A stretch of 64,000 nt of DNA, from the IMG/VR virus record IMGVR_UViG_3300025120_000026; one strand, given 5' to 3'. The position numbers and the translations under genes were made by a program. Of the stretch, positions 29,548 to 41,200 are shown in pieces. Every line of letters begins with the position of its first letter. Position 1 is the stretch's first letter. The stretch comes from an uncultured virus (IMG/VR IMGVR_UViG_3300025120_000026). Its lineage: Duplodnaviria > Heunggongvirae > Uroviricota > Caudoviricetes. The notes beneath the pieces are model-generated. The model had not been told where the DNA came from. It saw only the letters and a list, made by a program, of their open reading frames with translations, and made no database searches.

Positions 29548-29913
29548 ATGAGTGAAATAGAAAATGATAAAAGTAGGTTGTTCGCAACCGTAGACCAAAC
29601 GATGTACGAGATAAAAGTCGCAGAAGATAGCGATAAAGTAATAAAAGTGTGGGTTAAAGAACCTACATGGCTACAAGTAGAATCAGCATTATCATCTGTA
29701 ATGGATGTAGATTCTAAAACACAAGAGATGTCTCTAAACTTAACTAAAATGTATAAGTTCATGGTAAAGGAATTCATAGGTAAAACCGAACCCCAATTAT
29801 CACATATCGAATTATTAAGATTAAATCCATATCTCGGAACGCAATTAAAGGAAATTCTACCTAATCCATTTATGGATATTGCGGGGGCTGATACGGGAAA
29901 AGAAGTGCAATAA
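29548..29913 (+). CDS. Tail assembly chaperone (gpG-like)
   Basis: Between tube and tape measure; AGGTGG RBS then ATG 29548; ends just past a slippery site. Confidence 0.75.
   Translation: MSEIENDKSRLFATVDQTMYEIKVAEDSDKVIKVWVKEPTWLQVESALSSVMDVDSKTQEMSLNLTKMYKFMVKEFIGKTEPQLSHIELLRLNPYLGTQLKEILPNPFMDIAGADTGKEVQ
29895..29901 (+). other. -1 ribosomal frameshift slippery heptamer G GGA AAA
   Basis: X XXY YYZ in correct phase near the chaperone C-terminus; the -1 frame stays open to 30119. Confidence 0.8.
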
Positions 29914-30119
29914 GAAAAGCATTATCAGGTAGAGAAGTAGATGCTACATTAGCATTTAATATTCTACTATATTCTTATTGTAAGATATTTAACATAAGTC
30001 CTCACGAAGCAAGACATACTAATATGTCTATGATTTTAGAGATGACACAAATACATGCTGAAATTGAAGCCCTAAAATCAGAAACAATGGAAGCAGAAGT
30101 AAAAAGAGTGGGTAAATAA
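29901..30119 (+). CDS. Frameshift extension of the tail chaperone (gpT-like, 72 aa; not in ORF track)
   Basis: RSAIRKALSGREVDATLAFNILLYSYCKIFNISPHEARHTNMSMILEMTQIHAEIEALKSETMEAEVKRVGK*; its TAA overlaps the tape-measure ATG. Confidence 0.78.
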   Translation, partial: RSAIRKALSGREVDATLAFNILLYSYCKIFNISPHEARHTNMSMILEMTQIHAEIEALKSETMEAEVKRVGK

Positions 30120-31543
30120 TGGTTGATGAGTTTCAAGCAATAACTGATTATGGTAAGGCCATTCAACAATTATCTGAAAGTACAGATAGTTTAGCCATAT
30201 CATTTGGAGAAGTATCCAAACAGTCAGATGTTTGGACTATGGCTAGTAGAATTTTATCCGGTTCAGGATTATGGAAACTACAAAACTATGTTAGAGCGGT
30301 TGGAAATGCTATATACATATTTAGTAACAATTCAAAAGAAGCAGAAATGGCAACGTTAAAACAAATGGAGGCAACAATGGGGTTGTCTGATACATATGAG
30401 AAGTTAGGGGAATCAATTAAAGAAGCAAGTAAACAAACAGGAGGATTGTATAAAATGATGGCTATGCAGAAAGGAGTTAGCCCTGCACAGGCTAAGCAAA
30501 AGGCCATAGGAATGTTATCAGGAGTACAAAAAAGAGTAGGAGATAGATTATCTGATTTGGCTAACCCTAAAGAAGGATTAATTACAAGGTTAACTGGTGG
30601 TAGAAATAAACAAGCCCAAAGAAAAATGAGTGAATATCTATTTGATAAAAGAGATGCACAAGGTCGCCAACGTGCTTTTACAGGTGTAGGTAATGCATCA
30701 AGATTTACTAAAAGAAGTCAGGGTGGATATTTTGGAGATGTAATGCAAGGTTATGCAAAGGGTGCAAAGAATTTATTTACTGCTAAAGATAAAGGAGCAA
30801 AAATAAAAGAGAGAGTTTTTAAAATGCTTGGGGGGCTTGATAAAGGATTACGTTTCTTTTTCGGAAAAATACCTTTTTTATTAGGAAGAGTATTATCATT
30901 AGCATTAGGAGCATTCGTTCAAGGTATGGTGTATTTTGTTGCAATTGCTATGGGTGTTTTATTTATAGTTAAGATTCTTAGAACAGCAAAGATATTTAGT
31001 ACAATAAAATCTATTATGGACGACCTTGGAGCATTTAAACAGATAGCAACAGGTGTTATGTTAGTACTAGGTGGATTTTTTACTATGTTTAAGGGTATTT
31101 TTAATGGTAATTTTACACAATTCTTTGGTGGTCTTTACACTGTTTTACAGGGAGTAGGAAATCTGTTAATGGCGGCTCTTAAAGTTATATTTGCAATTTA
31201 TGTGGCAATGATAATTGGGGCAATTAGATTAATCGTCGCACCAATTGTCAAGGTAGGTAAGTTCATTAACAAAATTCGTGGTAGAGCAACAGGTGGAATA
31301 GTAAAAGAACAAATGACACTAGTTGGAGAAAGAGGGCCGGAATTAGTATCATTACCTAACGGGGCTAGAGTACATACTAATAGACAAAGTAGAGGAATGT
31401 CCGGTGGTGGAAATACAATTAACGTTCATGTTAATGGTAGAGTGGGTGCTTCCGACACAGAGATACGAGATATTGCAAATAAAGTGGCTAGAGAAATAAA
31501 TATAAGAATGAATAGAACTGGTAGTGCGGCAGGTAGATTTTAA
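30119..31543 (+). CDS. Tape measure protein (short, 474 aa)
   Basis: Helical A/G/K-rich with hydrophobic segments; C-terminal RATGGIV..LVGERGPELV motif. Confidence 0.85.
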   Translation: MVDEFQAITDYGKAIQQLSESTDSLAISFGEVSKQSDVWTMASRILSGSGLWKLQNYVRAVGNAIYIFSNNSKEAEMATLKQMEATMGLSDTYEKLGESIKEASKQTGGLYKMMAMQKGVSPAQAKQKAIGMLSGVQKRVGDRLSDLANPKEGLITRLTGGRNKQAQRKMSEYLFDKRDAQGRQRAFTGVGNASRFTKRSQGGYFGDVMQGYAKGAKNLFTAKDKGAKIKERVFKMLGGLDKGLRFFFGKIPFLLGRVLSLALGAFVQGMVYFVAIAMGVLFIVKILRTAKIFSTIKSIMDDLGAFKQIATGVMLVLGGFFTMFKGIFNGNFTQFFGGLYTVLQGVGNLLMAALKVIFAIYVAMIIGAIRLIVAPIVKVGKFINKIRGRATGGIVKEQMTLVGERGPELVSLPNGARVHTNRQSRGMSGGGNTINVHVNGRVGASDTEIRDIANKVAREINIRMNRTGSAAGRF

Positions 31544-32244
31544 TGAGTAGTGAAAATTTTAATAATTTTTCTGTCTTTTTAGAATTAGCAAGAAGAAATG
31601 AAATAGGTGTAGGGAGACAAAATAGAATACCATTGTTTGTTAATGATATAAGCATTAATACCAATAAAACTGTAATGAGTATGGGAGTTCCTTTTTCAGG
31701 TATGGTTAAAGGAGAAGCAACTACTCTTGCATTTGATATGGGTATGTCACAAAAAACTGTTAGTTTAACTGGCACATTATTAGGACAAAATATAACAAAA
31801 ATTAAAAATAGTACTGACGAAACGGTAAGCGTTAACTTAACTTCTTTTGAAATGGCACAATTAATTCACTCTTATGTTGATTCTAGTGCATTGCAAGATG
31901 ACCAATCAATGAATAAATTAATTGTATTAATACCTAGTAGAGTGGATGAAAATTATAAATATCATGTAGGAGCAGAGAATTCAGATATTAGTCAACTACC
32001 ACTCATTCCTTTCTCTTGGAAAAATAGAGAATATGATAATGATTTTACTGCATTTACTAAAAACCCTGAGCCTTATTTTACTCCCTACTCTGATGTTGAT
32101 GTTGATAGTGTTACTACTTCTGTTGGGATGGGTGGATTCATTCGTTCTTTTAGTACTCAAATTACAGGTACAGAGTTTCCAGCAGTATCATTTACTTTAG
32201 AATTTGAAGTTGCTACAGTTATAGGCGATAATCCATTAAGTTGA
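31543..32244 (+). CDS. Probable distal tail/tube-initiator protein
   Basis: Directly after tape measure; KTVSLTGTL and GFIRSF..VSFTLEF patterns. Confidence 0.55.
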   Translation: MSSENFNNFSVFLELARRNEIGVGRQNRIPLFVNDISINTNKTVMSMGVPFSGMVKGEATTLAFDMGMSQKTVSLTGTLLGQNITKIKNSTDETVSVNLTSFEMAQLIHSYVDSSALQDDQSMNKLIVLIPSRVDENYKYHVGAENSDISQLPLIPFSWKNREYDNDFTAFTKNPEPYFTPYSDVDVDSVTTSVGMGGFIRSFSTQITGTEFPAVSFTLEFEVATVIGDNPLS

Positions 32245-32254
32245 GGAATAATAA

Positions 32255-35212
32255 ATGGTTAATGTTTATAGTGGAAATTCATATAAATTAACTTTTCCAC
32301 TACTAAGTAAAGGGTATTTAAAGTTAAATTTTCGTGACCACAATATAGACCATTCTATTACATCTACTATAGCAAGTGGTAATGCATATTCAAGTGGAGC
32401 AACTTCATTAGTATTAACAGATGCATCCTCTTTTCCTGTAATTGGAACAGGTACTATTAATGGCGTTACGTTTTCTTGGACTAATAAAAATAATAACACA
32501 TTAACTGTAGCAAATTTAGGAGCAAATTATGCGGCAGGTCTTACAGTTACTAATGATACTACTATACTTACTAACATATGGAAACATTCTGATTCGTTTA
32601 CTTTAGAAGCAATTATAACTCCTTATGATGTTAATGGTAGTGCAAATAGATTAACTGGACATGGTATATTAACTTCAAGTAAAACTCCACCTTATTTGAA
32701 CGATGCAGTTACTAGTAGTAGACATCATTATGAAAGTGTTGATGCCTTAGGTGATACAGAATTCTTAACACAAAAAATGATGATATTTCATAATGCTAAT
32801 TTAAAAATATATTTACAAAACACTACTATTACTAATTTTAATCAACCTGCGGAATATAAGATAGTAGCAGAGATAACTAAAAATGGAGTAACTAAAACTA
32901 TTGCTTCTAATACAGTTATTACTTCTACTAATGTTTTACGTGGTAAGTATGATGCTCTTGGGTATTACACAAATGGATTAAACAGTGAATATACTAGACT
33001 ATCAACAACTGCTTCTAACGTTTCTCCTAGTGCAGTAGTTACAATTAGTGGTAATGGGCTACCTGTAAATTCTAGTACTAATGCGGCGGCGGCTACTGCA
33101 ACTCTTACTTGTAGTAATCATAATACTACTACTCCTGCTAGTAGTGCAGTAGGTGCAACTGCTACAATTGATATTGGTAATAGTATTAATAGTGGTACTG
33201 ACTTTACTGTTCCTGCTGATGCAAATGTAGCGGCATCTACTGGAAGCATTACAGTACTATCTGTTGTAGGAAATAGCACTAGTTCAAGTAGTAATCAAGA
33301 AATTAATATATATAATAGTGGAACTGCTAGTACAGATTTAATACGATTTTATCCTAGAACTACTGGAAATAACGGTGCGGCTTTACCACCCAGTAGTTTT
33401 CCTTCAAGGTCATTTGGTTTTCGTTCAGAAGGAAGTGTAGAAAATTGTGCGGCTAATTTAGCAATTGCCATTAATACAGTTAATACTTTATTGGGTAATT
33501 CTTTTCGTATAACTGCGACTTCTTCAGTGGGTAGTAAAATTATTACTTTAGTTGCAGATATTCCGAGTACTACTTTTAACAATACAATAACTCTTGGAAG
33601 TGGTACAACTGGTGATTATTCTGTAAGTGGAATGGGTGGAGTTGGAGAAACACAGGGTAATGCAGGTACAGTAGTAAATAGTTATCTTACAATTATAGAC
33701 CATACAGATACTACTAAAAATTACAAGGCTTCAGATTCAGACGCACAAGCAACAGGAACTACTGGAACAAGTAATGGAACTGCCGTAGTATATTATAGAA
33801 ATGGTTCTAGTTTAAATGCTACTGCTAATAATCTAAGGTCAGCAATTTTAAGTTCCAATGGTCATGGAAATAGTAAGTTTAGTATTAGTACTAATAATCC
33901 TCTAACTTTAACTTCAAAGGGTTCGGGAACTGCGGGTAATAGTAGTGGGGGTGATACTGCTATTTCTGATACAGGATTAGTAGATGCAGATTTAACTTAC
34001 ACACAGTTTACAGGTGGTGTTGATGAAGTTAGAACTAATAATTTTTACACAATAACTGATAATACTACTTCAGGAAGTGTAACAAAAAAATATTCGATAT
34101 CTGCTGTAAGTGACGCAGTTAAGGCAACAGGAACTACTGGACAGGCTCTTAATGGACAAGCGGTAGTTTATTTTAATAAGGGTAGTTCTAATAATATTAC
34201 TATGCAAAATTTAGAACTTGCTATAGAACATGCCAATGGTCACAATGGAAGTATTACTGTTTCTAGAAGTAGTGCGGTGTTAACTCTTACTCAGGCTACA
34301 GTAGGTACTGGTGGTAATAAGAATATAGTTCAAACATTATCAGGATTTTCACATACTGACTTTACTGGCGGAGCATCGGCTACAACTACAACTCCCGATA
34401 AATATTTACAAATTACAGACGCAACAGGATTAGTTAGAAGATATCATGCGGCTACAACAGAAGCACAGAATTCTACTACTACAATAGGTGGTGTAGTTTA
34501 TGTATACTTTACTAATCATGCTACTCCTGCAACTCTTGCTACTAATCTTAAAACTGCTATAGAAAATACTAATGGTCATAATGGTAGCATTAGTGTTTCT
34601 AGAAATGGAGCAGTTTTAACATTAAGTATTGCAGTTGACAATAATCAAGCAATAAGTGAAAATTTTACTAGTAATTTAAATATAAGTAATGCTGGCACTA
34701 TAAGCAACAATGTTTATCCTTGGAATAGTTCTAACAACTTAATCATTAATGTAGCATCGGGTCAGGCTGATACTATAGGAGTAGGAACAAAAATATACAA
34801 TTCTAGTGTAAATTTAATTGGTACTGTTAGTGCTATTAGTGGAACTGCTATAACTTTAGCCTCTACACCTGCTGTAACTGTAACTAGTACATTATATGTT
34901 AATCAACCTAAAGAAGCATTATATTTAGAAAGTATGTTTAAAATTAGTTTTGTATATTATAAAACAGGTATAGTTGAATTATATATAAATAACGCAAAAT
35001 TAGTTAGAGTAGATTCTCAGATATTAGATTTTATATTAAACCCATCTGACTGTAAGATAGGTAGAGGAGCAAATAATCAAGAACAGTTTTATGGTGAATT
35101 ATATGAAATAGGATATTATAGTGGGGCTAAGCCATCTGTATCAACTGATATAACTACATTAACTCCTAATTACAAAAATATTTTATTTTATTATAGGTTT
35201 GGTGATGAATAG
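32255..35212 (+). CDS. Tail-tip protein: LamG-like domain interrupted by S/T/G/N-rich repeats
   Basis: FTLEAIITP near the N-terminus and KIGRG..FYGELYEI near the C-terminus; repeats of Y..N....NL..AI...NGH.G between them. Confidence 0.6.
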   Translation: MVNVYSGNSYKLTFPLLSKGYLKLNFRDHNIDHSITSTIASGNAYSSGATSLVLTDASSFPVIGTGTINGVTFSWTNKNNNTLTVANLGANYAAGLTVTNDTTILTNIWKHSDSFTLEAIITPYDVNGSANRLTGHGILTSSKTPPYLNDAVTSSRHHYESVDALGDTEFLTQKMMIFHNANLKIYLQNTTITNFNQPAEYKIVAEITKNGVTKTIASNTVITSTNVLRGKYDALGYYTNGLNSEYTRLSTTASNVSPSAVVTISGNGLPVNSSTNAAAATATLTCSNHNTTTPASSAVGATATIDIGNSINSGTDFTVPADANVAASTGSITVLSVVGNSTSSSSNQEINIYNSGTASTDLIRFYPRTTGNNGAALPPSSFPSRSFGFRSEGSVENCAANLAIAINTVNTLLGNSFRITATSSVGSKIITLVADIPSTTFNNTITLGSGTTGDYSVSGMGGVGETQGNAGTVVNSYLTIIDHTDTTKNYKASDSDAQATGTTGTSNGTAVVYYRNGSSLNATANNLRSAILSSNGHGNSKFSISTNNPLTLTSKGSGTAGNSSGGDTAISDTGLVDADLTYTQFTGGVDEVRTNNFYTITDNTTSGSVTKKYSISAVSDAVKATGTTGQALNGQAVVYFNKGSSNNITMQNLELAIEHANGHNGSITVSRSSAVLTLTQATVGTGGNKNIVQTLSGFSHTDFTGGASATTTTPDKYLQITDATGLVRRYHAATTEAQNSTTTIGGVVYVYFTNHATPATLATNLKTAIENTNGHNGSISVSRNGAVLTLSIAVDNNQAISENFTSNLNISNAGTISNNVYPWNSSNNLIINVASGQADTIGVGTKIYNSSVNLIGTVSAISGTAITLASTPAVTVTSTLYVNQPKEALYLESMFKISFVYYKTGIVELYINNAKLVRVDSQILDFILNPSDCKIGRGANNQEQFYGELYEIGYYSGAKPSVSTDITTLTPNYKNILFYYRFGDE

Positions 35213-38200
35213 TGACAGATGGAAGAATTGTATATCCTGTTGCTACTGGTATTCCCACTACCTCAATGAATGGTTTTGGATATCATCAGGCATACGCTGA
35301 GTTTGATACAGGATTAGCATTTAGAAACGTATCAGTAAACCCTACACTGTATAGTGTAAATTTAAATAGAGAAAATGGTACAAGTTCTAATTCTTTTGTT
35401 AATTCTATGGTTTGTACAGAAATTAGAAATACATCTTATGGTGGTAGTATTTCTAACGATTCTCCTACTACAATAGGAAATAGAATTTTACCTATTAATT
35501 CTACATTGGATTCTTATGCTACTAATCATTTAACTACAAGTTCACATAAAATTAAAACATTTGATGGTGGAACTGCATCAGAAACAAACAGGAAGTTTCT
35601 ATATTCTACAAGTAATTATCCTTCTACTGGAGAAGTAGGGCTAGACATAGATAATTATGATTATTTTATTTTATTAAATCCTGAAATAATTACAGTAGGT
35701 ACAGATACAATACGCCCGCATTTTGCAAAAATAGAGAGGATTATTTCCTTTGATGTGTTTGGAGATGGATTAGAATTTTATCCTAAATATCCTACATCAA
35801 TTCCTGTAGGTACAAATTTTGAAATTTTCAAAGGGCCAGCAAAAACAGATACAAGTGTTGTAGCAGTTAGTTATGGATTGAGAGGCGATAATGCTAGTTC
35901 TACAGATAAATATGATGTAGTTAATACCGTAAGTCTTCCCACGTTTTACTTTTATGAAGATAGGTTAGATACTCCTAATCAATTAGACTATCATGAAAAA
36001 TATACATTAACTTCTTTCCGATGGTGGAGTAGTCCATATATTATAGCATTGGCTACTACTGTAGGTGGATATGCTCAATTTAATAGAGGAACAACTAGTA
36101 AGTATTTTACCATATCAAATACTAACTATGCTAAAGTAGAAGAAGGCATGTCTTTGTTTACTAATAATAATGTCCATGTAGGTAATATAGAAAAAAAATA
36201 TGGAAGTGCTGGAGCATATAGAATATATCTAGATTTTGCTAGAGTTGCAATTAGCGCAACTAGTAGTTCAGTTAATTATAAAATAGGTAGAACCGCACAA
36301 AATATTGTCTTTATGACAGAAAGTAAATTTAATAATACTATAACAAATATAGGTATGCAAAAAATAGATGCAACTCTTGTTGATGAATATTTAAATGAAG
36401 ATATTGCACATACTAATTATGTTGATGCTTATACTGATACAGGTAATAGTAATAGTGTAAATCCTACTAGATGGCAATACATTTTTCCAAATGCTAAAAG
36501 AAGTACGGTAGATATAAAATGGGGTACTACAACTTCGTCATCTTTAATAGAAACTACTTTAGATGGGAAGTTAACTGGCCCTAATAAGTATATTACTTTT
36601 GAAAAATCACAGTATGAAAATGATAAAATACCATTTGTACACAGTGTTATATTAAATAAAACTCATAATCAACTTAGTCAATTAGGAAGAGTTACAGTAT
36701 TAGATAGTGCAGGATTAAGTCATAAAACATTAAAAGAAGATAATGTTTTATCTTTACGTAATGCTATTTATAATGATTCTTTAGTTCTAAAAGAACTAGA
36801 CGGACATGTTAGTAAAACAAGTAATACTTTAATTACTATGACATTTGATAAAGAAAATGGTGATTTACAATCATTTTTAGGCAATCAAGATATTGTTCAA
36901 ATAGATGGGTATCACTATGTTATAAATTCTATAAATAATAAATCTAACAACACCCAAACATTTAGTGTTATTGCTAATAAATTAATAACTGCAAATACGT
37001 GGACTACTACTACATCTATTCATGAGTTTGATAAACAAAAAATGTTCACAACTCCTATTACTAGAAATGCATATGTAAATTATACTTTTGAGGCCGATAC
37101 CGCAGTAAATCATTTAAGGAATAATTTAGTTACAATAAATGGGTTTAGTAGTACAAAGGTTAAAAGTAGAATGTATGGAACTAGAATGGTTTCTAATTCA
37201 TTCCCTAAAAATTTAAATGAAATTGAATTTGCAGATAAGAATAATAGATATGCTAAAATTTTAGATGTAAGTAGAAAATTCTATCAACCTACAAATATTA
37301 GTAGATTATATTATTATAATGGAGCGTATGCTATAACTGAAGAAGTGTTTACTGGTCGTATAGAAGATATAACTAGCACACAACAAAATGGATTAATGAG
37401 TTATGAGATATTAGGAAGAGATGATACTTCTAAATTTATTACTGATGTAACTAATAGTAATTTATCTACTTCTACTGACATTATATGCGCTAGCATTCCA
37501 CCTAAAACTGAATTTACTACTATTAGTACTAGTAGTGTTTCTATTAGTGGCAGTACATTAACACTTAGTGGTGTTAATCAGTCTACATCAGGAGGTCATG
37601 TTCCTAGAAAATATTGGCTTTATGTTGATAGTAACGGTCAGTTAATTGGAGAAGTATCTTCTGCTTCTGTTAGTGGAACTACTAATAGTACAGTTACTAT
37701 AACTTTATCTCATCCGGCATTAGTATCTTCTGCTTCAAATGTTAAATATTTTAGACCTTTAGAAGATGGTAACTACATTTCTACATTAAAAACATTAAGT
37801 CATAATAAATTATTAACTGATAGTGTATCTGATAGTAGTAGTTTCATAGAACAGGGTTTAGTTTTTGAGAAAGGATTTACTTATAATTATAGAGAAACTA
37901 CTGATGCCGCAAATAGTAATACAGGTTCAACTCCGACCCCAAGTAATTTATTTAATTCTTCAAATACGGGGTCAATTGATGTAGATGGTACATTAGGATA
38001 TGATATTAATTCACCAATTAGAGCAGGAATTAATGATTCACATTATGCTTTTAAATTAGGAGATGAAAATGGCATTTCCATAACTAACAATAATATCTCT
38101 ACACAAAATGCTGAAACTTTTAATATAGTAGATATTAATACTAAAGAAGAAAATGAAACTATTATTTATATTGCTCCTAATTTTCCAATGGTTTTAGGTA

Positions 38201-41200
38201 GAATAGAAAACAACACCTTAGACTCAAGAACTACAAGAAGTGTTTACCTAATAAATAATAATATTAACAATGGTGGGTTCTTACATAGACTTACTGATAC
38301 TCATACTAATCAATATACTCCTAAAGATACAATTCGTTTTTGGGACATACAAAAATTTACAGAGGGAACTCTTACACAAACTCAAACAAGTATATACAAC
38401 CAAGGTAAAACTCAACAAAAAATACAAGGGTATGGTATAGCAAGTGGTATTCGTGCTGATGGTACATTATATGATGTAGCAGTAAGTCTTACAAACTCTC
38501 CTATTAATGGTAGTAATACATTAGATGGTTGGAATTATCTTAATACATTTTATGGTCATGCTCAAAATAAATTAATTAAATCATATCCATATCAAGTGGG
38601 TAGTAATTGGTATGAAGCAGATATTGATTATGATGCCTTTAAACAAATTGACCCTAGAACTGTACCTCTTGAATTATTTGTGACCGGAGATATATATCCC
38701 AATTCTCAATTACGTTGGAATCATATGTTTCATTTTAGTGAGTTGTATAATGCACACCCATTTTCAGACTATGGATTATTATTAGAGTCTAAACATAATA
38801 CTTCTGATATTGTAACTAATCATCTTAATTATACAGGTTCTACTCAACAAACACTAATTACAGAAAATGAATTTGAATCTATGACCATAAAAAGTTCTCC
38901 ACAAAGTCCAACAAATATGAAACGTTGGGGGGTTATTAGATTAGTAGAAGCAACATATGATTGGCATTTTAATCCTGTAGAATTTGACGCATTAAAAGAA
39001 TCTAAAGACATACCAACTTTGCCATATTTTGATTATATAATGATGGATAAACCTTCTTTAGAAACTGATTCACATGATATGACTTTGAATAATTTGTCTT
39101 CTAATGTTAGGCTATCATCTACCGATATAGGAAGTGGTACTCTTGGAGGAGATGTATATTACACTACAGATTTTATTGGTGTAAATACTTCTGAAACTGT
39201 GGCTATTGAAAATGCAGTTAAAATTAATGGATTTTTAGGAGTTAAACAACATGGTACTTGGAGTGGAACTGCGACTGACCAACAATGGAATGGGAATAGT
39301 TCTAATCATACTGGTAGTACTACATCATTTGATAGTGTTTTAACTTTTCAGGGATATGATGATGGTAGTGCAGTTGGATATTATGGAGTAAAAAATTTCC
39401 CATTATTTAGAAATACTAATTTTTTAATAGATAAATTATCTACTCCCACACTATCTAGTGCAAACTCATTAAGAACGGCTAGAATTACAGGTAGTCATAA
39501 CATTAGATTTACAGATGTTATTCTTCCTAGCCCTATGACTAGTTTAACTAATTTTACTTATGGTGGTAAATTAAGAGATGGTAGTTCAAGTACAGACCAT
39601 GCTTTTGATGGACATAATATAATATTGCCTATAATACCTAGAGCATACAATGGTGGAAATGCTAATAATACACTTGGTAGAAGATTTAGTCCATTCCATC
39701 ATCCTGATAGTTGGTATGGTCAAGACACTAACTTCCTACATACATCTAGAGTTATTGCGGCTTTAGTAGATAGAACTTTTAATGAAGGTAGTAATATAAC
39801 TATAGCAGATAAATATGGTTTAGGTATAACTTCTAATGGTGCAAGTCAAGGTATTGCTCACTTATATGATAATTGTATTGGAGTTTTTAAAGATGTACAA
39901 CTTGCTGTTACAGGAAGTAAAGGTAGAAAACCTAATATAAATGTCAACTCAATAATGTCTTCTCCATTAGAATTAGATACTGTTAGTAGATACAATGCAT
40001 ATGAAGCAGGTTTATCGTCAAATGCTCATGAATCTCAACATACTAGAAATTTAATGATAGATGATAAAGATACTGATAAGGCTATGATTGGTACTAAGTC
40101 TAGTGGCATACATTTTCTTGAAGGAACATTTGATGATTTATCTTCTGAATTTGCTAAGAATAATGCCAAAGAGGATACAGGGGGTAATTTAGATAGTAAT
40201 TTTGGAACAGTTGCGTCTGCACAATTTATTGTAAAACCTATGTTTGATTTAACTGCGGTTTCAAGTACTTTAGTATTTAGTAATAATAATAAAACTGTTA
40301 CTTTTACACATTCAGCAATTAGTAAACACATATGGCTTAGTTTTGTTCCTAACTTAACAGGTCAGTATATTGTTTCAGAAAAATTAAATGGTGGAAACAC
40401 GATTAGAACACAATCCTTAGACGGCTCTCCGTTGTTTATTGCTAAAATTTTATCTCATACGGTTTCTGTAGCCCCCTCTACTAGTGCCTTAGAGACTCAT
40501 GTTATTATTTTTGATACTGCTATTGATGTTAGTGCTAATGGTACTAAATATCGGGTAATGAAAATATCAGAAACTACTTTTAATGAAGTTAAAGAAAAAA
40601 TAGAATTTAATGTTTTAAATAATAACTTAGTGAATTTTGCAGACTTTAAATTTGGCAAAGGAGTATCTGATGATGGAGATTTTTCTAGAGTAGAAACTGT
40701 ATATGATATGTATTTATTACTAGATGTAGATACTATTAATACTTACATTGAAAGAAGAACTATTGATACAGTAAATGATAGTTTTACAAATGGAGAAGTA
40801 TTAGATGTATACGTAACTGATGGGGTAACTTCTTCAAGACATAATATGACAGTTAATACTAATCGCAATACAATAGGAAGGGACACTGAAGTAGGATTAA
40901 GTTTTAAATTTGGTGATGTTTTAAATGGTAATGGAGTGGTATCCTTTTCTAAAGTAGTTAAGTTAAGATTAGAAGGTCGGCCTAAACTTAAAGAAATTGA
41001 AAAATGTCATATAGGTTCTACGTTTAAAATTGGAACAAATGTAGATACATTTTTAGAAAAAATAGTTAATAATTCAGGATTAAATTTTGACCATAGTAAT
41101 AGTTTTACAACAGAAACAGGAAATATATTTGAAGTACAAGGTGATGATGGCGACCTTGGTATACATGTGCGTAAATTAAATTGTTATGAATCAGTAAGTA

